From: Gammaproteobacteria bacterium | GTDB lineage: Bacteria > Pseudomonadota > Gammaproteobacteria > RBG-16-57-12 | Assembly: GCA_021647245.1 (NCBI GenBank) | Contig: JAKIVC010000011.1 | Coordinates: forward strand, 1,470 to 65,469 | Direction: 5' to 3' | Length of the DNA: 64,000 nucleotides | Part shown: one piece after another, positions 10,512 to 20,866 of the stretch | How the letters are laid out: each line of letters starts with the position of its first letter | Position numbering within the stretch: the stretch's first letter is position 1 | The notes under the pieces: model-generated | Seen by the model: the letters and a program-made list of their open reading frames with translations, nothing else | Told to the model about the DNA's origin: nothing | Databases searched by the model: none | Translations under genes and position numbers: made by a program

Positions 10512-11165
10512 ATGCTGTTATCCCATCGCTATCAATTTCTTTTTGTTCATATCGCCAAAACAGGGGGCACCAGCGTCCGTGCAGCACTGGTTAGAAAAGC
10601 AATGCTTGACCCATACCGGTTACCCATGTGGTGTTGCAGCAAGTTGAGCCACCTTACGAGACATAAACTAGCCAGCAAACTTCCCCGACACTCAAAAATC
10701 ATCGCGGCAAAAGAGATGCTGCCAAAAGAGTTTTTTGATAGTTTATTTAAATTCGGATTTGTACGAAATCCTTGGGATTTACAGGTCAGTTCGTTTCACC
10801 ATATCAAACGAGAGCGCCCTCAATACCTTTTTGGCCACGATAACTTCAAAGATTTCTTGAAGTTCAAATTTGACCCAAAGCGCCCCTATCAGTACCACAT
10901 AGATACCTCTATTGAGCTACAAAGTGACTATCTAGTTGATCTGCACGGAAATATTATTGTCGATTATATTGGCCGCTACGAAAACTTTCATAATGATTTT
11001 TCTCACGTTTGCGAAAAGATAAAAATTAAATGCGCTCTACCAGAAAAGCGTATTTCAACAGACCGAACGAAGGATTTTCGTAACTACTACGATGATGAAT
11101 CTGTTGAGCTGGTCGCTAGGCATTTCAAGCGAGATATCGAGCTGTTGGACTATTGCTTTGAGTAG
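10512..11165 (+). CDS. sulfotransferase family 2 (carbohydrate sulfotransferase-like)
   Basis: 217 aa; 5'-PSB-like motif FVHIAKTGGTS and 3'-PB-like motif VRNPWDLQVSSFHH; AT-rich codon usage. Confidence 0.65.
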   Translation: MLLSHRYQFLFVHIAKTGGTSVRAALVRKAMLDPYRLPMWCCSKLSHLTRHKLASKLPRHSKIIAAKEMLPKEFFDSLFKFGFVRNPWDLQVSSFHHIKRERPQYLFGHDNFKDFLKFKFDPKRPYQYHIDTSIELQSDYLVDLHGNIIVDYIGRYENFHNDFSHVCEKIKIKCALPEKRISTDRTKDFRNYYDDESVELVARHFKRDIELLDYCFE

Positions 11166-11236
11166 CAAACACCGGCCTCACATTATAAAAAACCATATAT
11201 CCAACTCCTACAATCATCACAAACTAGGCTAACACA

Positions 11237-12241
11237 TTGAAAAGTCTTTATATTGCCAGATCTCCCCTACAATTATTCAATTGTATCGAGGCACGCAATC
11301 GTTTCTCTGGAGATGATGAAAATATTCTTGTGGCGGCATATAAAAATGATACAGATAAAAACCTACTGCACCAACTGATTGATAAAAACGATTGGAACCA
11401 AGTTTATCTACATTCAATTAAAGCCAATGCAGACCAATACTCACTCATCATAAAACTATTTGTGCAGCACTCTAAAGTAGACACTTTATACATTGGCGAT
11501 TATACAAGCTCAATCAACTTTTATATTAACATTACAAGGCCAAAAAAAATCGTAATGGTTGATGATGGTATCGCAACCTTAAAAATAGTGGCGATGATAA
11601 ACTCCGGCTCTTTACATAAAACAAAGAAACACTTGAAAAGCAAAATGAGTGTGCCAACAATTATTGTTAGAGCAATTTGTCAGACATCTCCTAAATATCT
11701 ATATAGGTCTGACTTTTTCACTATGTATAACTTACAAGGACTTGGTCTTTCAGATAGAACCATCACGAACGACTACAGAATGTTCAAAAAAAACATTACA
11801 GGCTTGTCTGACGAAAAAACCTGTTTTTTTATTGGCACCAGCATGGAGGATTTATTGATCAGTAAAGCCTGCTACGAAAAATATTTTAAAATTCTTGCTG
11901 CTTATTTTGATAAAGAGAAATGGGTTTATGTTTTACATAGAAAAGAGTGTGCCGAGTACGTTGCACTCGTCGCAAAAAAATTTGGCATTCCTATTGTTCG
12001 CTTTAATAACATCATAGAGTCGGAGTTTTTTATTCAGAAAATTACACCCACCTCTATATCATCATTCTGCTCTTCTGCGTTGGATACAATAGAGGCTATA
12101 TATAACCCAAAAATCAAACTTCTGAAATTTGATGAAAATGACCTCATACCTACCAAAAAAGAAGCTCTTCGCAACTACTATAAATACCAAGCCAACAGAG
12201 GGATCAACGTTATCCATTTCAATGAGTACACCAAGAAGTGA
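11237..12241 (+). CDS. hypothetical protein, AT-rich island; possible glycosyl/nonulosonic-acid transferase
   Basis: 334 aa ORF with apparent TTG start; no motif I can name with certainty; context between sulfotransferase and pse operon. Confidence 0.4.
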   Translation: MKSLYIARSPLQLFNCIEARNRFSGDDENILVAAYKNDTDKNLLHQLIDKNDWNQVYLHSIKANADQYSLIIKLFVQHSKVDTLYIGDYTSSINFYINITRPKKIVMVDDGIATLKIVAMINSGSLHKTKKHLKSKMSVPTIIVRAICQTSPKYLYRSDFFTMYNLQGLGLSDRTITNDYRMFKKNITGLSDEKTCFFIGTSMEDLLISKACYEKYFKILAAYFDKEKWVYVLHRKECAEYVALVAKKFGIPIVRFNNIIESEFFIQKITPTSISSFCSSALDTIEAIYNPKIKLLKFDENDLIPTKKEALRNYYKYQANRGINVIHFNEYTKK

Positions 12242-12250
12242 CTCTATGCA

Positions 12251-13852
12251 TCAACCTAGCTTAAGCATATTGATATAGCTTATCCAATCCTGCAGATAAC
12301 TTTTCGAATGCAATCCATACATTTTCATAAATTGATCAATGGCTTTTGAACGCTCACCTTTACCACTCTCTTTATCCAGATGGTGCAACTCTATTTTTGA
12401 GGTAAACCATACCTTACTCGACTGCAACGATTGATAAACTTTAGATGCCTCTGGGCGTATTTGATAGTCACAAGGATCGGAAACTATTCGAAATTCAATA
12501 CCATTGGCGACGCATTCAGAAAGCCCTGTTGCGTTTGGATTAGTAAAAAATACCCATTCATATTCAGGCATAACCTCAACCAAGGAACCTGTTTGACCAC
12601 TACAGACAACCACAGCACCTTTAAGTTGATCAGGTATGGCTGCCTCATAATCTGAAAAGGGATTCCTAGGGTGCGCGCGCAATGTAATTTCATAGCCCAC
12701 ATCAACGAGTGATTCAAGCATCATTAAAGAGCGGTGTAAAGCTTGCTGCTGCTGCGTAACTCTAGGGCTCTGGATACTGTAAGCAAGTGTTGGCATGATA
12801 TGGGGCAAAACAACCAACACTGTTTTGCTTTTGGACTGTAAAAAGTGGCTTTTCGTCACGGAGAGTAGATCACCCAAGCGCTTTCGTGAAAGCCTAACTG
12901 AAGGTAGTGGATGGTCATTGTCTGAAAATTTATACCCCCAGGTTATATAGTAATCAAAGATTTCTCGTTCAGTTCGTTCCAACCAGGTTGGGTCGGTCTG
13001 CCCATAAAACCCACCATGCTGACTACCAATAAGGGGGATATTTCTTGCCTTCAAAATGGCAAGCAGTATCGCCTGCACTGGCTTATGTTGAAATTCGATA
13101 CCACAAATTAAAGCCTTCAGCCCACGAGCATGTTGCTTTGCATTTAGATAGCCGCTGGAAAACTGTTCGAGGAAGTAGGTAGGCATAAACAAAACTGAGC
13201 TCAGCAACAACTTATACTTCTTTTCAGGTAACTGCTTAGCGCCCATATGATCGGATAGCGAATTCAACATGGTCAAACGCATTTCAGAGTCTATTTCTAC
13301 GGGGGCATGGCTGCTTTTCTGTATTTTTACAAATTTAATATTACCCCTGAGCCGGCACTTTAAGATCATTCGCTCAATCGCAGTAAACGATAGACTGACA
13401 CCCACTTGCCTTTTATCGCACTCATCACTCAGCAACTCACTCAACGTAGCCATGTCAACGCGGGCCACTTCCTTGATCTCTGATGTGAGTATTGATGAAA
13501 TAGAGGCGTGTACATCATTGGATTTAGATAACCCATATATTAAACGGTGCACTTTTCCGTTAAATTCTGTTTCCGATAATCCATTAATATTATTAAAGGC
13601 AAACTGTTCATCAGTATGATCATTTATGACTGGCTCTAAATAACTACCATTGGCATAGATGTAAACATATAAATTGTAAAATGGTCGCAACAAAAATGAA
13701 AAATCAATGACATCCCCATGAAGCTCTGAGAGATGCTTACCCATAATCGATGACAGTAACGTCACCAAAGACTCAGGATTCAGCTCTAGAGACCCCGAAC
13801 TGCCAGTAGACTCATCTCCCAAAGTCTTTTGGAGGTTTTCAATAAAACTCAT
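12251..13852 (-). CDS. hypothetical transferase-like protein (contains R-x-HP-R-N-P sialyltransferase-like motif)
   Basis: 533 aa; ...ITLRAHPRNPFSDYE... resembles the HP motif of bacterial sialyl/nonulosonic-acid transferases; first gene of the minus-strand pse operon; AT-rich. Confidence 0.45.
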   Translation of the reverse strand: MSFIENLQKTLGDESTGSSGSLELNPESLVTLLSSIMGKHLSELHGDVIDFSFLLRPFYNLYVYIYANGSYLEPVINDHTDEQFAFNNINGLSETEFNGKVHRLIYGLSKSNDVHASISSILTSEIKEVARVDMATLSELLSDECDKRQVGVSLSFTAIERMILKCRLRGNIKFVKIQKSSHAPVEIDSEMRLTMLNSLSDHMGAKQLPEKKYKLLLSSVLFMPTYFLEQFSSGYLNAKQHARGLKALICGIEFQHKPVQAILLAILKARNIPLIGSQHGGFYGQTDPTWLERTEREIFDYYITWGYKFSDNDHPLPSVRLSRKRLGDLLSVTKSHFLQSKSKTVLVVLPHIMPTLAYSIQSPRVTQQQQALHRSLMMLESLVDVGYEITLRAHPRNPFSDYEAAIPDQLKGAVVVCSGQTGSLVEVMPEYEWVFFTNPNATGLSECVANGIEFRIVSDPCDYQIRPEASKVYQSLQSSKVWFTSKIELHHLDKESGKGERSKAIDQFMKMYGLHSKSYLQDWISYINMLKLG

Positions 13853-14110
13853 GGCTACTCCTGGCGAATATTATCTACTTGTTATTCAAGGATTTTAGAC
13901 TGCTCTAATCCCCAGATAGAGATGCAAAATAATGTGTAAAATATTGTTTTCACCGTGAAATCAAAAATAGGAGTCGCACCCATAGAAGTTGACCTCATTT
14001 ATTTCGAAGTGAGGACGTACAGCCGCTCTACTATGGCAACTATTGAAAGATTTACTTGATGGATAGTCACGACTAACTTCACTCATGAGCTGAGTGAAAA
14101 AAACATCGGA

Positions 14111-15178
14111 CTAATTGCTTCCCTTCATGTTATCAACACTCATCCAGCAAAGAGCCGTGCCACGCTTAATATCCATAGTTGCCTGCTTACCCAAAATCGC
14201 TTCAAAATATTTAGGCTTTAAACCAAATCCAGGACGTATGATACGAATATTTTCCTCGCTAAAATTCTCACCTTGCTCGATATCTTTCACTACATATATT
14301 GAACGACGAAACTTAAGGTTTTGCTCCTCAACCGGTTTCCGCTCATAACTAGCGATGCCTAATGCCTGCCATGCCATATAACTATCGGTGCAAAGCTGTT
14401 TTAGCTCTTGAGGCTCCAAGGAGAACTCAGAATCTGGCCCCTTATCTTTCCTGCTCAACGTCACGTGTTTTTCAATTACGCAGGCACCTAAAGCAACACT
14501 AGAAACAGAGACTACCGTTCCAAGAGTGTGATCTGAGAGGCCCGTTATAACATCAAATTTTTCAGCAAGATCAGGAATTGTAAGTAAATTTGACTGCTCT
14601 ACTGGAGCAGGGTAGCCACTAATACAGTGCAATAAAACCAGCTGCTGGCAACCATTATTACGAGCACACTCTACCGCCTCTTTTATCTCTTGAAAGTCGG
14701 CCATCCCCGTTGAAATAATCATCGGTTTGCCTGTTTGGGCTACCCGTTTTATTAAGGGTAAATCTATCGCTTCAAATGAGGCGATTTTATATGCTGGAGC
14801 ATCGAGTTCTTCCAATAAATCAACTGCGCTTGCATCAAAGGGGGAGCTAAAAATGGTAATACCGAGCTCTTTCGCTTTATCAAACATCGTTTTATGCCAT
14901 TCAAATGGAGTATGTGCCCAATCATAAAGCTGGTAGAGGTTGTAGCCATCCCATAAACCACCACGAATTTGAAACTCTTCACTATCACAGTCAATTGTCA
15001 TGGTATCCGCTGTATACGTCTGTATTTTTATGGCATCCGCACCCATCTTCTTGGCCATTTCGATGGTTTTTAACGCTCTTTGAATATCGCCATTATGATT
15101 TGCTGAAAGCTCAGCAATTATATAGGGAGGATGTTGCTTACCAATTTTCCGCCCATCAATAGTGATTATTTTTGACAT
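14111..15178 (-). CDS. pseI: pseudaminic acid synthase (NeuB family)
   Basis: IIAELSANHNGD..AKKMGADAIKIQTY..KIASFE..GLSDHT plus C-terminal SAF domain; start taken at the MSKIIT ATG (track start is GTG 4 codons upstream). Confidence 0.88.
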   Translation of the reverse strand: MSKIITIDGRKIGKQHPPYIIAELSANHNGDIQRALKTIEMAKKMGADAIKIQTYTADTMTIDCDSEEFQIRGGLWDGYNLYQLYDWAHTPFEWHKTMFDKAKELGITIFSSPFDASAVDLLEELDAPAYKIASFEAIDLPLIKRVAQTGKPMIISTGMADFQEIKEAVECARNNGCQQLVLLHCISGYPAPVEQSNLLTIPDLAEKFDVITGLSDHTLGTVVSVSSVALGACVIEKHVTLSRKDKGPDSEFSLEPQELKQLCTDSYMAWQALGIASYERKPVEEQNLKFRRSIYVVKDIEQGENFSEENIRIIRPGFGLKPKYFEAILGKQATMDIKRGTALCWMSVDNMKGSN

Positions 15179-15213
15179 AGTACTACCCACAAAAAACCCA
15201 TAAAAAACAAACG

Positions 15214-16734
15214 CTAAATACCATTAGAGCCGTCTGAATAAGAATAATATTTCCCATTCGACTGTTTATAACCCAATTTTTCAAACAACGCCCGTGATGA
15301 CTCATTTTCTTCATGCACTTCAGCAACAATAGTGATCGATGGGTAGCGTTGGCGTAATTTTGTTAACGCTGCTGTACCAACACCTCGACCATAATAATCG
15401 GAGGAGATTAATATCGAAACCTCATACTCACTATCTATCGACAGCTTATCCAAACGTAGAACCCCAACCGGGACCCCTTCAAGCATTATGATCAAATAGG
15501 GGTCTGGTGATGATACCCGCTTAAGAAACCAGCTCTCATGATGCTCATAAGCGGGCACTTCTGTATTTCGCGAGTATCGACGTGCACCATGCTCACTTTG
15601 CCATTTATATATCAGTTCAATATCGGACTGGGTAACAATACGTAATATGACACGCTTGTTCAAAGCAATATAATCTGCCACTCGTCCGGCGCCGCGTCCA
15701 TCGCAAATCTGGCTAGCGGCAGTGCTTAAGCCCATCAAATGATCCTCTGCATACGCCAGTGCATCTAAAATACTTTCGCTTTTAAGCTGCCTTCCTTCAC
15801 CAATAAAAATGACTGCGCCGAGCGTTGAAAGCTCTTCAGCAACTAGATGTTGATTTTCAGCCGTTTGAATTAAAATAGTCGGCAGCCCAAGGCAGCATCT
15901 CTCCCAGCTCGTGGTACCAGCTGCCCCTATGGCCAAATCAGCCTTAGCCATTAAATGAGCCATATTATTAACAGACGATAGTAGCTCTACACCAAAGTTG
16001 TATTGAGCGAGCTTTTCCTGCAAAGAGTGGTAATGTGGTGCCCCAGCACCCAATACAACGGTCACCTGCCACGCCTGATCAATGGCCATGGCTAATGCAT
16101 CCAATATTTTTTCTGAGATATTGTCTAGATCCATCCCTCCCATCGTCAGCAAAATATTCGAAACTCCATGCCGCTGACAGCGAGCCTCTAAAGCCTTTTT
16201 ACGCAGAGCGGGAAACTCTTGTCTCAAAAGGCTGAACTGACTTCCTAGCAATATCTCAGTATCACCACGCTCAAGCCAATGGAGGTAATTAACAGCATTG
16301 CGGCCAACGGTTTGATCCAGTAGCAAGTCGCACTGGTGAGGCCGGTTTGCCAAGTCATCAATTACCAGGATAGACTCGACATGCTGTGCCATGCTCGCCT
16401 CCCAACGTGCATCAATACCGTAATGGTCGACTATCAACCAGTCCAATTTAGCAGTACTCTTCACTATTCTCTGGCACAACTCAGCGTCTTTTTGCCAGGG
16501 TACGCCAAGCCAAGAATTTGTATGGTCAACGGCAACATCCTCTTGCTGCCTAGGCAGCAGTGTAATGTGGTGACCCTGTTCTTTTATTAACCCGGCAAGG
16601 TGCCCTTTAATATCAGCACTCATAAATAGAATATCGTGACCACGCCCCTTCAACTCAGCAGCAAGTGCCAGACACCGCATCACATGGCCACTGCCGATGC
16701 TAACAGAGCTATCAGCGCGTATCGCAATATTCAC
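15214..16734 (-). CDS. pseG: fused UDP-2,4-diacetamido-2,4,6-trideoxy-beta-L-altropyranose hydrolase (PseG) / GNAT N-acetyltransferase (PseH-like)
   Basis: 506 aa; N-terminus MNIAIRADSSVSIGSGHVMRCLALA is PseG-like (GT28-fold hydrolase). The C-terminal ~150 aa (acetyl-CoA binding region ...YGRGVGTAAL...) is GNAT-fold. Confidence 0.78.
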   Translation of the reverse strand: MNIAIRADSSVSIGSGHVMRCLALAAELKGRGHDILFMSADIKGHLAGLIKEQGHHITLLPRQQEDVAVDHTNSWLGVPWQKDAELCQRIVKSTAKLDWLIVDHYGIDARWEASMAQHVESILVIDDLANRPHQCDLLLDQTVGRNAVNYLHWLERGDTEILLGSQFSLLRQEFPALRKKALEARCQRHGVSNILLTMGGMDLDNISEKILDALAMAIDQAWQVTVVLGAGAPHYHSLQEKLAQYNFGVELLSSVNNMAHLMAKADLAIGAAGTTSWERCCLGLPTILIQTAENQHLVAEELSTLGAVIFIGEGRQLKSESILDALAYAEDHLMGLSTAASQICDGRGAGRVADYIALNKRVILRIVTQSDIELIYKWQSEHGARRYSRNTEVPAYEHHESWFLKRVSSPDPYLIIMLEGVPVGVLRLDKLSIDSEYEVSILISSDYYGRGVGTAALTKLRQRYPSITIVAEVHEENESSRALFEKLGYKQSNGKYYSYSDGSNGI

Positions 16735-17431
16735 TACGAGCCCTCACCGTGCTCAAGCCAAGCTCGATACATAAGCTCAGCACGCAACCAATCTTCCGGC
16801 GTATCAATGTCTTGCACCAAATGCCTTGGTAGAATAATAGGGAGTGAGTGGGTTGCAAACATGGTTCTGTCATTCAAAAAAGCCTGAGCACGTCCCCAGT
16901 AGAACTGCCCAGCATCATGATAAGCCTCTTCTAGGTCTTGAGAGCGCTGTAACATTGTTTCAGGGAAAATCGCCTCAACGCCTCCATTACTACAAATACG
17001 AATGGAGCGTTGAATGGGGAAGGCAAAACTGGTGACAGAAAATGAAAATATTTTATTGCTGTCATTTAACGCTTGGTACGACTGCTTAAGATACTCCGAC
17101 TGCACAAAGGGAGCTGTGGCATAAAGGCAGCAGGCATACTCAACTTGAGTGAGGCTGTTTTCAAACCACTGTATAGCATGTTTAACAACCGCATTAGTGC
17201 CCGTATAGTCATCAGAAATCTCTTTGGGGCGAATAAAGGGTATCTCTGCTCCATACTTTTGTGCAACCGTCGCAATCTCTTCATCATCGGTCGAGACAAC
17301 GATTTTGTCGAACAATCCTGTCTCTTGAGCCACCTCAATTGAATAGGCAATAATGGGCTTTCCACAAAAGCTTTTAATATTTTTTCGAGGAATCCGCTTA
17401 CTGCCGCCACGAGCGGGAATGACTGCAATAT

Positions 17432-17435
<4 letters not shown>
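16734..17435 (-). CDS. pseF: pseudaminic acid cytidylyltransferase (CMP-Pse synthetase)
   Basis: 233 aa; MNIAVIPARGGSKRIPRKNI acylneuraminate cytidylyltransferase motif. Confidence 0.88.
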
Positions 17436-19596
<2,161 letters not shown>

Positions 19597-19622
19597 CTAC
19601 GACCGTAAGCATTAAATTTCAT

Positions 19623-19838
19623 CTACTCAGATTTCATCTGGTACTCCGCCCCACAATAAGGACACTTACCCTGGCCATCCTTCATTTTAATGTAGACGCG
19701 TGGGTGTGAGCTCCAGAGGCTCATGCCATTCATTGGACAGTGCAGTGGCAGCTCATCTTTGCTCACCGTATATTTATTCTCTTTATTGGGTAATACCTCG
19801 CCCACTTCTGGGCCAAGTTGTGAAATTCCGGATGTCAT
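19623..19838 (-). CDS. small zinc-finger protein (zf-CHCC-like; C-x-H...C-x-x-C)
   Basis: 71 aa; LHCPMNG....CPYCGAEY; strong GGAGG Shine-Dalgarno 5 nt upstream of ATG. Confidence 0.5.
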   Translation of the reverse strand: MTSGISQLGPEVGEVLPNKENKYTVSKDELPLHCPMNGMSLWSSHPRVYIKMKDGQGKCPYCGAEYQMKSE

Positions 19839-19903
19839 GTTGCCTCCCGTTGTCTCTGTTTTTTATCTGTTTTCGGCACCCCACAACGGGGTGCCTGTCT
19901 TGC

Positions 19904-20830
19904 TTAAACCAGTGTTAGCCAATCACTACGGCTTTGGTCGCGACCATGTACAATATCAAAGTACATGGTTTGCAGTTTTTCAGTGATCGGACCACGGCTT
20001 CCGGCTCCAATTGTCCGACCATCCAGTTCACGAATAGGCGTTACTTCTGCGGCCGTACCGGTGAAGAAGCACTCGTCGGCCACATAAACTTCATCACGGG
20101 TGATGCGTTTTTCCCGGACTTCAATGCCCAGCTCTTCACAAAGTGACATGATGGTTCCACGGGTGATGCCATCCAGTGCCGAGGTTAACTCGGGTGTATA
20201 GACGATACCATCACGAATCATGAAGAAATTCTCTCCACTTCCTTCTGCCACAAAACCATCAACATCCAGTAGCAGTGCTTCATCATAGCCATCTCGCAGC
20301 GCTTCGCTCAGTGCCAGCATCGAGTTCATGTAGTTGCCATTGGCTTTCGCTTTGCACATGGTGATGTTGACGTGGTGACGGGTAAAGGAGGATGTTTTAA
20401 TGCGAATGCCCCGCTCCAGCGCCTCTTTTCCTAAATAGGCGCCCCACGACCAGGCCGCTATCATCACATGTGCTTTCAGGTTATCTGCTCGCAGACCCAT
20501 TCCTTCTGAGCCAAAAAAGACCATTGGCCGAATATAGGCCGAATCAAGGTTGTTCTCTTTTACTGCGGCAATGGTCGCTTTGTTGAGAGTCTCTTTGTCA
20601 TATGGCATCGGCATATTCAAAATATGTGCTGAGCGAAAAAGACGATCTGTATGCTCTTGCAGGCGAAAAATAGCAGCACCTTTGTCGGTGTGATATGCGC
20701 GTACCCCTTCAAAAACACCCATGCCATAATGCAGCGTGTGAGTCAGTACGTGTACTTTGGCATCACGCCACGGCACCATCACGCCATCTAACCAGATGAC
20801 CCCATCTCGATCATCCATACCCATACTCAT
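19904..20830 (-). CDS. ilvE: branched-chain amino acid aminotransferase
   Basis: VIWLDGVMVPWRDAKVHVLTHTLHYGMGVFEGVRAY matches IlvE; start chosen at the ATG with GAGGAG SD 7 nt upstream (track start is TTG further upstream). Confidence 0.92.
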   Translation of the reverse strand: MSMGMDDRDGVIWLDGVMVPWRDAKVHVLTHTLHYGMGVFEGVRAYHTDKGAAIFRLQEHTDRLFRSAHILNMPMPYDKETLNKATIAAVKENNLDSAYIRPMVFFGSEGMGLRADNLKAHVMIAAWSWGAYLGKEALERGIRIKTSSFTRHHVNITMCKAKANGNYMNSMLALSEALRDGYDEALLLDVDGFVAEGSGENFFMIRDGIVYTPELTSALDGITRGTIMSLCEELGIEVREKRITRDEVYVADECFFTGTAAEVTPIRELDGRTIGAGSRGPITEKLQTMYFDIVHGRDQSRSDWLTLV

Positions 20831-20866
20831 ACTGCGGCTCCTCAAATCTAATAAATTCTATAACGG

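Noticed and set aside
14030-14110. Inverted repeat TTCACTCA-tgagc-TGAGTGAA followed by an A-run, upstream of pseI, considered as a terminator.
   Set aside because: On neither strand is the stem followed by a U-tract in the direction of transcription of the neighbouring genes. It more likely lies in the 5' UTR/promoter region of the 533-aa gene and pseI readthrough.
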